Shown here one piece after another: positions 11,201 through 24,500 of a stretch of DNA of 64,000 nucleotides (position 1 is its first letter; each line of letters begins with the position of its first letter). The notes under the pieces were generated by a model. That model was not told where the DNA came from. It searched no databases and saw only the letters and a list, made by a program, of their open reading frames with translations. The stretch lies in NCBI GenBank assembly GCA_002269645.1, contig NIVC01000977.1:186001-250000 (forward strand), read 5' to 3'. The stretch comes from Macrostomum lignano (taxonomy: Eukaryota). Both the position numbers and the translations under genes were made by a program.

Positions 11201-14200
11201 CTTCTACCAACAGCGTCTTCTACCAACAGCGTCTTCTACCAACAGCGTCTTCTACCAACAGCGTCTTCTGCCAGCAGCGTCTTCTGCCAGCAGCGTCTTC
11301 TACCAACAGCGTCTTCTACCAACAGCGTCTTCTACCAACAGCGTCTTCTACCAACAGCGTCTTCTGCCAGCAGCGTCTTCTACCAACAGCGTCTTCTACC
11401 AGCAGCGTCTTCTACCAACAGCGTCTTCTACCAACAGCGTCTTCTACCAACAGCGTCTTCTACCAACAGCGTCTTCTACCAACAGCGTCTTCTACCAACA
11501 GCGTCTTCTACCAACAGCGTCTTCTACCAACAGCGTCTTCTACCAACAGCGTCTTCTACCAACAGCGTCTTCTGCCAGCAGCGTCTTCTGCCAGCAGCGT
11601 CTTCTACCAACAGCGTCTTCTACCAACAGCGTCTTCTACCAACAGCGTCTTCTACCAACAGCGTCTTCTGCCAGCAGCGTCTTCTACCAACAGCGTCTTC
11701 TACCAACAGCGTCTTCTGCCAGCAGCGTCTTCTACGCCACCGATCCAACCAGCTGGCATGGGGACAATACCAGCTTCGCCATCAGCGCGTCTTCAATCCT
11801 ACTGGAGACAATAAGACAGCGTAAGACTGCCTCATCAGTATTGGCAGTCAGCATAATCTGTGGATCAGTTTGCCATCAGCCGGCTCCAGGCCTGCGCCCT
11901 CGCAAATTCCCATTTTGCTAACATATTATTAGACTTGAATCACAGATGCACAGACCATGATAAGTATAACTACTCGTAGTTATTGGTCTGTGGGCAGATG
12001 TCTTATGGACATCTCCGAGATCGTTCCCTGGCTCCGGACAGTCCACGGAACTGCCACGGGATCTGCCACGGAACCGCCTCTGAGCTTCCTATTGGCCCGG
12101 AGCCTCTCAGGATTTAGTATAAATACGGAGTAGGTGAGGGCCCAAAAGAGACCAACCTGCTTGGCTCGAGCAAATCTAGTATTCCTAGCCGCGTTTCCTT
12201 GACGAACTAGCTTGGGCAGAATCGCTATAGACGCTTTTCCTAGGAATAACCTGCAAGTAATCATTCGTTGCAGCTGCCATTGCTCATTGAGACCGCCGCA
12301 GGCTGTCTTAGTTGAGCGTTAAATGATAATTTAGGATCGGCCCGTGACCGTTATTCACACGAATAAACGTTTAACTGACTTGTCTTATTTATTTTCTACT
12401 TACCTAGGTTTACCTAGGGATAACCTGTTGAGGATATTACCTGTAGACCTACAAGGTGGCAGCGAACCAACTACCAAAACTCGGTCTAATTGTTGTGTAT
12501 TGCAAAGGCATGCAATGCGTAGGGATAGTTCGGGGACAGCGTTTCTAGAAACTTCCACCGCGGACTTGTTTACGCATAGTTCCAGAAGTTTCCTTCCCCG
12601 GTCTTTCTAGAACTTTCCTTCCCCGCGTGCATAAATATACGAGCCGCCCTCCTATTGGCCAAGCCCTCTTTTGGTGCCACTGAGCGCCCGGATAATTATC
12701 TATCTTGTTTCTGCGTTCGTTAATTCAACAACAGAACATTGGCGACGAGGATGGCGGCTAGCATCCCTGCACCCACGCCCTTCCTGGCGAACTGCGGATC
12801 ACCGACAGTACCATGGAGCCGATGGATTGAGGCCTTTGAATTTTATTACGAGGCGGCCCAATTCAAGGAGCCCGAAGGGAAGGAAGAGGCGAAACCGCTG
12901 AAGAAGAGCCTTCTGCTCCATCTGCTTGGATTCGAAGGTCAGCGGGTTGCTCGAGCACGCCAAGCAATCAAGGAGAACGACACGTTCGCAGCAACTAAGG
13001 CGGAGCTCGAGAAGATTTTCGGCGAGAAGCCCAACGGGATGGTGGCCAGATATCGCTTCCGCCAGCGCCAGCAGCTACCCGGCGAGGACGTCAAGACCTT
13101 CGTGGCAGCCCTGAGGGAGCTGACGGAGCTGTGCAACTACGGCGCGATACAGGACGATCTCATCAGAGACCAGCTGGCTGAGAAGACCAGTAACCCCAGA
13201 ATCCGAGAGAGGCTGCTGACGGAGAAGGTGGAGGACCTCAACCTGGCGAAAGCACTCAGCATCGCGGTCTCCATCGAGGAAGCCTCCAAAGAAGCCAAGG
13301 CGATGGCGCCATCAACGTCTAGCACGGCGGCTGCCGTCCAATCGATCCGACAGCCGAGGGGCCAGAAGGTCGCTGCAAAAGGGAGGCACCGCCCAGCCCC
13401 AGCTGGCAGGACAGCCAAACCCGGCGGCGCCTGCACGCGCTGTGGGCGAGACCACGGACCGACGGCCCCCTGTCCGGCCAAGGGCAAGACATGCGACGCC
13501 CTTGGCAAGAAGAACCACTTCCGGAGTTGCTGTCGCAGCCAGCAGGCTGCTATCAATGCCGCGGACGAGGTGATCACAGTCTACGCAGTGCCAGGTGGCG
13601 ACAGGGAGGTCCGGGCGACGCTGGAACTCGGACCGGACAGGACCGCTGTCAGCCTGATGGTGGACTGCGGCGCAAGGGTGTCGCTGCTGTCCCGACAGAC
13701 CGCCGATCGGATCTCAGGTGCAGTCACCTTTCCCACTACGACGAAGCTGCGTGCCTACGGCGGACTGCCGATCCAGCTACATGTAAGTGGTGTCACCGAG
13801 CTGGAGGTGCGCTACGGCGACAAGGCGATGCAGCACCGGTTCTTCGTTGCGCCAGGCGGCGACAACATCGTCGGTAGAGACCTGATGGAGAAGCTGGGCT
13901 TCCGAGTCGACCTTAGCGGGCAGCCGCCCGGAATCGCGGAGGTCAGCGACCTGACGGCGGACTTGCAGGCGCGGTACCCAACGACCTTCAGCGGTGCGAT
14001 AGGATGCTGCGCCGGCGCTGTACACAAGGCCAAGGTCGAACCAGCAGTGCGACCCGTCCAGCAGCCACTCCGTCGCCTGCCCCTCACGCGACAGGAGCAG
14101 GTCGGTGCCGAACTCGACAAGATGGAGAAGGACGGCATCATCGAGCGAGTTCTCGGACTTCCTGGCCGAGCAGGGCATCCGGCACGTCAAGACCAGCCTC

Positions 14201-15846
14201 TACCATCCGCAGACCAACGGCCAGACGGAGCGTCTCAATCGGTCGCTGCTCGCCAGCATCAGAGCGGCCATGGCGGAGAACAGGCCGTTTCAAGACGCCG
14301 TGACCAACTTCTTGTCTGCCTACCGGAGCTCCAAGCACAGCCTGACGGGCAAGTCACCGGCCGAGCTCATGCTGGGTCGGAAGTGGCGCACCGCGATCAC
14401 CATGCTGTCTCCCGGAGGCGACGCCTCTGGTACTGCGGCAGCAAATCGAGGCGCGGCAGCAGCAGATCAAGGCCTACACCGATGCCAGACGAAGGGCCCG
14501 CCCCGAGACGTTCCACCCCGGCGAGTGGGTGAGAATCCGACGGCCCACCAAGAAGGGCAAGCTGGGTACCCGCCTCTCACAGCCACTCCAAGTGCTCCAT
14601 CAGGCCGGACACCACGCGGTCGAGCTCAGCGACGGCACCAGATGGAACCAGCAGCGGCTGATCCGAACGCCGCACCCGGCGCAGCCGAGAGAGCGGTTCG
14701 ACCCACTGGTGGACTCGGCGCCAACGACCGGAGCCGGCACGGAGCCTCCGGCAAGAACAGCAGCGCCCCGCCGATCTGAGCGAGCCAGGCACCCGCCGAT
14801 ACGCTTCATGAACTGCCGCTGGGACTGATTAAAGCGAAGCTTGGGGACTGTTGGACTCCTTGAAGGAGGGGAAGAATGTTGTGTATTGCAAAGGCATGCA
14901 ATGCGTAGGGATAGTTCGGGGACAGCGTTTCTAGAAACTTCCACCGCGGACTTGTTTACGCATAGTTCCAGAAGTTTCCTTCCCCGGTCTTTCTAGAACT
15001 TTCCTTCCCCGCGTGCATAAATATACGAGCCGCCCTCCTATTGGCCAAGCCCTCTTTTGGTGCCACTGAGCGCCCGGATAATTATCTATCTTGTTTCTGC
15101 GTTCGTTCATTCAACAACAGTACACTAATATCTGAATTTAGCCTAATAGAGACTAAGCGAGGGTTCTCGGACCATAGTGTTAGACCACTCAGGCCAGCTA
15201 CCTGCCGTGCTAGTTTGTTAAGTACAGACAGAGAGAGCTAGTAAGCAGCAGCAGTAGCCATCAAAAGAGTAGGAAAGCAGGGCATTACATAATCACAATG
15301 TTTACTATCCTTATTAAGCTGCTTAAATGTATTCGCTTAAATAATCAAATCCCTCATTTTTTCGCTTTCCTCATTTCAATCCTAATGGCTTGCAAAGTCA
15401 CTTCCTCGGGCGTGTGAGAGCCTGAGCAGAGAGATCTACAAGGTAGTTATTAGGATTTGAAGGCCGGGAAGCATCCCCACTCATGAATGCAGGACCCTTC
15501 TCGCACGAGTTATGGAAACCATTGAGCTTACGTTTCCGCCATATTACTCTTAGTAGACTAGTACGCTGTTATTTTTGTCAGTCACAGACACAAAGGAACA
15601 CTGCTGAATCTGTAACAAGAGGCCTTTGCGGCGCCAAATTTTATCTAACCGTCGCAGCATTCCATTTTGCATTTTCGCGAAGTCCTCGAAAACGCGCTTA
15701 ACCGCTGCGGCGTTAAGAGAGGTGTCTATCAGAGACGACCCGGAAATTCATTGTGAGGACCTGGGCGCCGATTGGATGCAACAGCCAAAAATGAAACTTA
15801 CCAAACTGACACAAACCAGTAGAAGACAGTTCCACCTATTTTTCAT
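8254..15846 (-). CDS. Glycosyltransferase family 32 (DxD; SUR1/OCH1-like), type II membrane protein, about 337 aa
   Basis: complement(join(8254..8462,9782..10156,10410..10794,15802..15846)); all introns GT-AG and phase-consistent. Signal anchor [15 protein letters not shown]|[29 protein letters not shown]|[23 protein letters not shown] motifs. Confidence 0.88.
8645..9682. repeat. 20-bp minisatellite (CAAGGGTAGAGAGCGGAGAT) filling GT32 intron 3
   Basis: About 50 units, strongly purine-rich on +. Confidence 0.95.
10190..10360. repeat. Degenerate ~21-bp repeat in GT32 intron 2
   Basis: GAGGATTCTGATGGAGATCTG-like units, about 7 copies. Confidence 0.7.
10886..11735. repeat. 16-bp minisatellite (CAGCGTCTTCTACCAA) in GT32 intron 1
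   Basis: About 53 units. Confidence 0.95.
11989..12464 (+). mobile_element. Probable 5' LTR plus PBS of a second, truncated LTR retrotransposon
   Basis: TGTGGG...CCTACA imperfect terminal IR (11989-12453), TATAAATA near 12117, AATAAA near 12362, followed directly by AGGTGGCAGCG (Gypsy-type PBS). No partner LTR or TSD found. Confidence 0.55.
12491..15124 (+). mobile_element. Gypsy/Ty3 LTR retrotransposon with internal pol deletion
   Basis: 248-bp LTRs 12491-12738 and 14877-15124 (TG...CA, 2 mismatches seen); 5-bp TSD CTAAT; PBS TGGCGACGAGG at 12740; PPT GAAGGAGGGGAAGAA before 14877. Confidence 0.96.
12751..14828 (+). pseudogene. gag-protease-(RT start) fused out of frame to an integrase C-half
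   Basis: ATG 12751; gag with [14 protein letters not shown] knuckle; protease LMVDCGA; RT start QPLRRLP...GIIERV; then in another frame [13 protein letters not shown] (integrase); a further frameshift near 14410-14430 into [12 protein letters not shown]; stop 14826-14828. Confidence 0.9.
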
Positions 15847-17259
15847 AACAACAGAAACGGTGCTGCTGTGCATGCCAGTACTGGTAATACATGTAAATAT
15901 AGACCGGTCGGGTTTATTTGTTGCGCTCACTTGTACCAAATGAGGAGTTTTGTATGTTGACTTGGCTTTATAAACGCTGCAGTGTAGCTGATAGAGCATG
16001 TTTCGGCCCAAAAGCCCAGAGATTCAAACATGTCTATGGCATCAAAACCATCTCCCATTCACTAAAGCAAGCGTCTAGTATGACCTTGCTGTGCAGGCCG
16101 GTGAGTGATTTAAAAGAAGTCCATCATGTATTTCCATTATGTTTTGACTCAAATGTTAAAGGTGAATGAAATAAGCATGCACAGTGAACATACGTGGTGA
16201 TGCACAAATGTACATGTATGGTCGCATTAAATGTAGTTCACTTTTAATCACTTCACTTCATCTACTATAACTATAGTATTAAAAACAATACACAAGAATA
16301 TAACCGGTTCTGAACAAAACTGATGTGTATTCGTAAGACTGTTCGTTCCGTCTAATCGTATATTTGTGTTAACAAAAAGGAGCGGAAATAATTCGTTATC
16401 GTAGGAGCCCTTGTCTCGCTCCGCTCATTAGTTATTCGAATAGTTAATTCCATTTTCCCTAGTGCGCCCAGCTCTTTAGTAACTGTCTGGGTCTTAGAGA
16501 ATTATGACCATAGATAGTTCAATCGCATGCGTAAAAGTTCACAGTTAAAATCCATATCAAAAACAAGGACACGAAAAGAAAAAATGTAGTACGTGTAGGT
16601 TTCTGACCCAATCTCCGTCGAGTCATTGTTTGATAATGCGCATCTTCCGAATCGGAATCGAGTCTCAGTCTCCGCAAGGCGTTACTTTTACGAGCGCAGC
16701 TGTCCTTTTCGGGTGCGTAGAAGGTCCATTTGTGGGTTAGGAAGGTTTAAACCGGTACTGGCAGAAAAGCTCTGGTATACTTTACTTTTCGGCTTTTAGG
16801 TGGTGCACCTGATTCAGAAAAAAGAGAATTTTGTCTATGGTCTGCCCTGCAGGCCTTTGGGCTTTTTACACCATTTTACCTCCATTTTCATTCAAACTCA
16901 GTTCCTCTTTCGACAAAGAGAACTTCATCTTCGACACTTCAAGCTTAGCATCTCTGAAACTACATCAACTTCAGAAACTGCCTTCCATCATCATAGACAA
17001 CTGAAAGTGAAGTTAAATTCTAACCTCAAGAAAATGCTTCCTGTGGTCAAATTTGTACCAAATTTTTACAGCTGTTCATTAAAGCAGTGTATGCAGAGCA
17101 GAATCTCCTTTCTGTACGGATAGCTTTGCACCAAAGCAAACTGAAATGTTGGAAAACATTGGAAAACTGTTGGAGGCTTTTTAACGCCGAAAAGGCCGAA
17201 AACCATCACAATTAGCACTATACATGTGTAAGAGTTGTTTGAGTATATAATTATCTTTA

Positions 17260-17510
17260 TGCAGGGGCCGAGGGGACAACCAAAACTTTTGCATGAAAAA
17301 ATTCTTATAATATTTGGGAATCGACGTTGTTTTAGCACTCAGTTGGCGCCGCAGGCAGGCATTTAGCTTGGCGGCGCAGTCACTCATTTTTGGCGCTACA
17401 GGCAGGCACTTACATGTAGTTTAGTGGCGCAGTTACTCATTTTGGCGCCGCAACTATACGTACAATGTAAGCTCATTAAATTTGGGGCTCTGAAGCAAAA
17501 TGATTTCCAT
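17260..17510. mobile_element. Diverged copy of the element that hosts the 21-bp array at 1573-3378
   Basis: GGCCGAGGGGACAACCAAAACTTTTGCATGAAAAATTCTTATAATATTTGGGAATCGACGTTGTTTTAGCACTCAGTTGGCGCCG aligns with 1508-1590; about 4 degenerate GGCGCCGCA units follow. Confidence 0.7.
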
Positions 17511-18505
17511 CACGACCGTCACCCAGTGGGGCGGAGGGACAAAGCATTGGCAAGTCCCCTTCATAAACTTTACTGGGAGGACATGTCCCCCTCTCCCTCC
17601 CGGTGGCGACAACGCCTCTGGCTGGATCGAACAGCTGTTGGGCCTGCTGACGAGGCTGCTGACGACGCCGGTTGACGTAAAAGCCCTTTATATTGCCTAA
17701 TTCAACAGCATACAAAGAATATGACATATTCTCATCAATGTTTTTTGCTATATTATTACTTTTCGTTTCGACGCCTCGAAAATCACAGCCTTTAAGATTT
17801 ACGTGGTATATCACTTGTCGAGAAAAAGCCCGAGAGCCTGCGTTCTGAAGGACAGTATAAACTTATACCACTCAGCCACAACCACAGCTACCCCCTGAGC
17901 TCGAAGAACTCAGCAGCCGGAGTTTCTTTTGTACTCCAGTTTGTTAAAATCGACTCAGACTCCCGGAAATTCCGGCACCGATTTAAACGTGGCAAACTCT
18001 CGTTACCGGCGGGCCCGCGACTCGAACTCGTCCAGGCTTCATCGATCCACCCACCCATGCACCTTCTTCAAACCCTAGTCCTTAAAATAGACTCTTGTTC
18101 GGCCAATCTTATCATCTTATAAGTGAAAATATCTGCATCAGTGATTATTTTACTTTATTCAAAGAAATTTTAGCTAGGCACTACACTTAACTCAAGCTTT
18201 AAGTCTTGACTTAAGCCAAAGAGGCGAGTATTAGTAGGCTTATATCGCGCAACATAAATTCGTTGAAATACTAGAAGAACAATTCACTTGCTATCACTAC
18301 TTCTTATTAGACTTAATATAAATAAAGCTAACAGAAATTTGTTTATTTTTAATAACTCCATTTATTAACTCTATTTATTTTAAAATTAGGCCTACACTTC
18401 TATTGCTACATATCCAATAGCAATAATAGACCCTACAATACCTAGGCCCCTAGTCCTACTCATAAGTCCTAAAGAATCGATAAACCTAAGTCTTCTTGCT
18501 TAAGA

Positions 18506-21500
18506 ATGACTGAAAACAATAATGAAGGCAAGGCCAAAACTGAGACACATAACTCTACTAAACTTGAAGATGTCCCAAAAAAGGAGAAGACTGTTTTAGG
18601 TAAGATAATTAATTTCAAATAGACTTATTTTATAATGAATGCAAATTTTACATTTAATTTTTTATACTTTATAGGCCTACTATACTGTCTATACTTAGGC
18701 CTATGCTATAGGCTAGGCTATAAGCTAATCAATTTATTTAATATTATAATCATAGGATTCATAGTATATTTTTAGAAATTTTAATTACAAAACTAAATAT
18801 TATGCTTTTGCAAGGAGTTTTATCTTAGTTAATTATTCCTAGACCTATATTAGTTCTAAAGATAATGTATCTAAAAAAGCTTTTTTGAAAGACAATAGAT
18901 AAGTCTTTAAAATAGATCCAAATAAAAACTATTATTTTCATACTTTATATCCTTGAATAAATAAGTAAAAAACCACAAAAAAATTAAGTCTAAGTTGACC
19001 AATTTGCAATATTTTGTTTCATTTTTTATTAATAAACAATTAATTTTATACATGCACAACTGCTGGCTGACCTAGCCGATCTAGCCACTATAAATTGTAA
19101 TGGACCAGAGATAAATCGCAAAAATGCCTATCCCAAAGAATATAGATGTAGTACTAATTAGATGACAAGGCATTTAGCCTTTATAAGACACTCATAGTAA
19201 TTCCTGCTATTTACCTAAAATTGTATTAAATTTTGCTTTAGGGTTTCTTTCATAGGTTAATTGTATTTTTGGTTACATGGCCAGTGTAAATCAGGGGGGG
19301 GGTTGCGCATGTATGAATAATTTTAAGACTTGTAGACCTTAAAGAAGGCTAATTTTTTCACTACTTACTTTTTATTTTATTCAAAAAGATGAAGAATTTC
19401 TAAGATTAATGATTTTCTAAGTTTTTCTAAAACCATATAAACTTGCAAAAATTCATACTAATATAATGTTCAAAGTTTGCCAGCAAACATCTTTTTCTAA
19501 AAGTACTGCTAATTCCTTGTTGCAAAATAATCTTTAGGTTTTTTCTTTCATTTAAATATCAACTTGTATATGATTAGTATATGTAATATGCCTATTTTTA
19601 GACTTAAAATTTTTGGGTAAAAAATGGTACCACAAAATGTGAACTGGCATCCAAATAAAATGCTCCCTGTAAGCTTATAAACAGTGTTGGGCACCATTAA
19701 TGAAAATCTTAACTTCCGTTAATAGCAAAAGCGTTAGCGTTAAAACAAAAAAATCTTAACTTTTTAACTCCTAATTTCGTTAAGTTAACTGAAAGTTACT
19801 GATAATCGTTAATAAGCGTTAATCCGTTAAAGTTAACCCAGAAAATATGGAAATCTTGCACGTTTTTTCCAAAACAGACTTCGTAATGCACGTCTTTGCT
19901 ATTCCATCTTTTTAGCGAAACACAGAGGTCATCTAAGCGATTTGAAAGCTAAAAAAGTAATAAATAATCATTTTAAAAACTTGCATGCATAATACTACTA
20001 AAAGTAAAGCATATGGTAAAAAAGTAACTTATTTTATTTGAAACTTAAAAGCTAGTAACGAGAAATTCATAATTAAATACGCATAGGAAGGTTGTTTCAG
20101 TACCATTAGCAGGTGCAGCAGAAAGTTGCGAAAGATTGGGACAGAAGTGAATCGAAGCGATCGATGCTCACGTGCAAGAAATAAAGTTTCACACTATTTT
20201 AATTCATCATATTATTTTAAAGTTTATTTGTAAGAAGTTGTTAATTACATGTATGTCTGTATGATCATCGTCATAAATAAAGAGATTATATTTAGGCATA
20301 TAGGTAAGCTCAAATATGTTCGTAATGTTTAAACTTCTTGTAAGACCTCTATTTTTCGTTCCTTCTTTGCGTCTTTGGTCATTGACATAGACACTACCGT
20401 TAACGATGAATTTATCGTTAATTCACAAAATTTTTAACGCAAATTCGTTAATCCATTAGTTCAAAAAAATCTTAACGACAGTCCGTTAACATTAATGAAA
20501 AATCTTAACGCTTATTAACGGACTGGTGCCCAACACTGCTTATAAAGCAACAAAAAACAATGAAATTACATTTAAATATTATCATTGTGACAAATATATA
20601 GGAAAATATTTTCCAAATTGCTTTAGTAGAAGCTGAGTAAAATACAATTTTCTGATCCTTATAGGAATTCCAATGTGTTACTTGGCTTCCAAATTAGATG
20701 CTTACTATATTCTTATTAAGTAATAAAGAATAATGAAATTACACTTAAATGTGTATCATCATAGCATGCATACATGCGCAACAGTCGGCCGATCCGGCCG
20801 ACCGATTTGGCGGCCAACCAAGGAAGTCGTAAAAATGCCCACCCGAAAAACACCCAAGTAGTAGTACTAAGTAGCTTATGAGGCATTTTGGCTTAATAAG
20901 TCAGTCATAGTTACTCCTGCCATTTACCCAAAGTTGCGTTAATTTTGCTTTAGGGTTTTTTTTACATGTAAGTCGCATTTTTGGCCAAAAACTACGTCGC
21001 ATTTTTGTTACAACTAAGTCGCACGGCCGACCGAATTTTGGAGGTTGCGCATGTATGATAGCATGTATGCTCAAAAAAAGATTTTTCCAAATTGCTTTAG
21101 TAGAAGCTGAGTAAAATGCAATTTTCTAATCCCTATGGGAATTTGTATGCTTAAAAAATAAACTTACATTAAATACAGTATTTATTGCAAACAAACTCTA
21201 CAAAACACATGTTGTCAATAGTAATGAAAGTGATAAACAAATAAACCCTTATAAAGAATAAATATGTTGTAGCATTATAGAATATAATATTATAAAATAT
21301 TAAAGTTAATAAATACATTATAAGAGCTTTTATATCATTTTTATTAGTCATTTTAGTTGCAATTTAATTTACCATTTTAACAAATCATTTTATTGAAAAT
21401 AAAGCCATACATGAATAATTTATGCTTTTATAGATGTTTTTAACTTTTTAAAACCTAAATAAATTTATTTTATAGCTTTGTTGCTTTCAAATTACCAAAA

Positions 21501-24500
21501 AACTTGCCCCCAATGTTCAGATTTTGTCCTAGAGATTATAAACTATGCCTATATAGCTATGTCTATATTAAAAGTATGTCTATATCTATAACTATAGTAT
21601 TTTAGATATCTGTTATAAATATATATGTATAGTTGGTAGTTTTCTAGCTTGCTTTGCAATGTTATTTTTAAGTTTGAATTAGTGCCTTTAAGCATTTGAT
21701 AGAGCAATTAAATTGATAGAAAAATAAATGAAACTATAGCTAGAGCAAAAGATAAGGCAATTAAAGTAGCAATAAATGGAGTAATATATTGAGCTAGAGC
21801 ATATTCTGATACCATTCCCCATCCGTTTTAGCCATATATTTCATTATCTCATGTGGTAATAGTAGAGCTCAATTGAATATAAATTTTAGGTTATACATGA
21901 TTCAGTTTTTTCTGCTATGATTTTGTATGATTTATGGTCATTTTTTTCATTTTTAGTCAAAACTCAAAGAAGACCTTTTTTCTACTAAAGTGATGTTGCA
22001 ACTTGGCAGTCACTTTTATATTTGTTTATTATATTAACAAAATATAATGCAGGTAAAAAATGGTTATCATAATGGTACACTTATAAAATAATTTTATAAT
22101 TTTATACTTAGATATAATTAGTATATTGTGATTGATACTGTTAAATATATAATTAATTATATTATATCATTACATACTATCTGCTATATACTAGTATATA
22201 CTTTATGATGCTAAATACTAAACAAAGTTCCCTATATCATTTTGAGTTATTTATCATATTAACATATATGATATATTGTTATCATAGTTGCATCCTGTAC
22301 CTATAGCAAATAATATAAGAACTTAAAAGACCATATTGAAGCAAATATAAAGGTTTTTATAGACAGCATCTGGCACACTTATAAAAATTTGCCTGCATTG
22401 CTATGTAAAAACCCTATTAGAGCATATTTAAAAAAGCTATAGATACTCCTTCTAGGTATGCAGGCATGCAATTAGTTTTAAGAAAAGGAGTGCAAGCATG
22501 TCATCAAACATCATTCGAAAATGAAAAATATAGAAAGAATGATTTGAATTTTTCTATAAAAAGCTTCTTGTATAATTTATGTTTTTGTTTCATTAATATG
22601 TAACAAGCAAGCAGAATATATACAGATATAAAAATAGATGCAGATAGGCTATCGTACAAATTTTGATAGATATGACAGATATGATAGATATGGGAAAATT
22701 TGGTTATAGTAGAACTCTAATACTCTATCTACTTTTCACATGCCCCTTTATGTGTACCTTCGATATTCTTCCTAGGTTTTATTAATCAATGTAAGTGATT
22801 ATTAAATGTTTATTATTCTCATTAAAAGTTTTTAGACTAGGCAAGGTCTAAAAAAATTGGACTATATGACATTGACAATAGTGCATGTCTATACTAAGTC
22901 TCAATTTTGTGCTTTGGTGTGATTTTCTGTTTGAAATTAATTACAGCTCAAAATATAAAAAAATCCCATGATCCCCCAACATGCACTGGCCAGCTGGGAT
23001 CCCCAAATCACAGAATTCCATGATCCCCCATGGTCAGCTGGGATCCCCAAATCACAAAATCCCATGATCCCCCATGGTCAGCTGCCCAGCTGGGATCCCC
23101 AAATCAAAAAATCCCATTATCTCCCATGGTCAGCTGGGATCCACAAATCACAGAATCCCATTATCTCCCATGGTCAGCTGGGATCCCCAAATCACAGAAT
23201 CCCATGATCCCCCATGGTCAGCTGGGATCCACAAATCACAGAATCCCATGATCTCCCATGGTCAGCTGGGATCCACAAATCACAGAATCCCATGATCCCC
23301 ATGGTCAGCTGGGATCCACAAATCACAGAATCCCATGATCTCCCATGGTCAGCTGGGATCCACAAATCACAGAATCCCATGATCTCCCATGGTCAGCTGG
23401 GATCCAAAAATCACAGAATCCCATGATCTCCCATGGTCAGCTGGGATCCACAAATCACAGAATCCCATGATCTCCCATGGCCAGCTGGGATCCACAAATC
23501 ACAGAATCCCATGATCCCCCATGGCCAGCTGGGATCCACAAATCACAGAATCCCATGATCTCCCATGGTCAGCTGGGATCCACAAATCACAGAATCCCAT
23601 GATCCCCCATGGTCAGCTGGGATCCACAAATCACAGAATCCCATGATCCTATTGTAATAGTACACAACTAGCAAAAGATAAAAGTACATGTGGAATAATT
23701 TATTTGCTTCTACCTGCCCAATCCAAACAGCCACCAAAGTGACTGGCACGGTGAAATGGTTCAACGTGAAAAATGGCTACGGTTTCATCAATCGACACGA
23801 CACCAAGGAGGACATATTCGTTCACCAGACGGCCATCGCGCGTAATAATCCAAAGAAATGGCAGCGCAGCGTTGGCGACGGCGAACAAGTCGAATTCGAC
23901 GTTGTCGAAGGTGAGAAAGGCCAGGAGGCGGCCAACGTCACCGGACCAGACGGCGCACCTGTCAGGGGCAGCGCCTATGCCGCCGACCGCTACAATCCCA
24001 GGCAGCGGGGCGGCGGCCTCGGCTTCGGCCGGCGTGGCGGCGGTCCTGCAGGCTTTGGCGGCCCCATTGCCTACAATTACCTGGTTGAGCCGTATTATCA
24101 GCAGCCGCCAGTGGCGGCTCCGCCTCAGCAGCAGCTTGGCGGTCGGGCTGCCCCTGCGGCTCGCTCCGGTTCCAGATATAGCGTTAGTTTCCCGTGAACT
24201 TGCTTGTCTGTTTCTTTTGTGTTCTTTACCATCTCCTGTGTTTTTTCTTCACCCTCTCCTTCCGTGTGTTCTTTACCCTCTTCTTCTGTGTGTTCTTTAC
24301 CCTCTTCTTTCCATGTGTTCTTTACCCTCTCCTTCCGTGTGTTCTTTACCCTCTCCTTCCGTGTGTTCTTTACCCTCTTCTTCTGTGTGTTCTTTACCCT
24401 CTCCTTCCGTGTGTTCTTTACCCTCTCCTTCTGTGTGTTCTTTACCCTCTCCTTCCGTGTGTTCTTTACCCTCTTCTTCTGTGTGTTCTTTACCCTCTCC

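Noticed and set aside
10883-11824. 313-aa ORF
   Set aside because: Translation of the 16-bp intronic minisatellite.
11800-11845. CTGATGAG hammerhead-like core on the minus strand with a following stem
   Set aside because: No GAAA after stem II. The other CTGATGAG, near 38050, is within a coding exon and also lacks GAAA.
15697-15717. Hairpin CTTAAC...GTTAAG as a Helitron 3' end
   Set aside because: No CTRR terminus at the expected distance.
17990-18080. B-box-like GAGTTCGAGTC on the minus strand (tRNA or SINE)
   Set aside because: The T-stem does not pair and there is no A box or cloverleaf; more likely CpG-rich promoter DNA.
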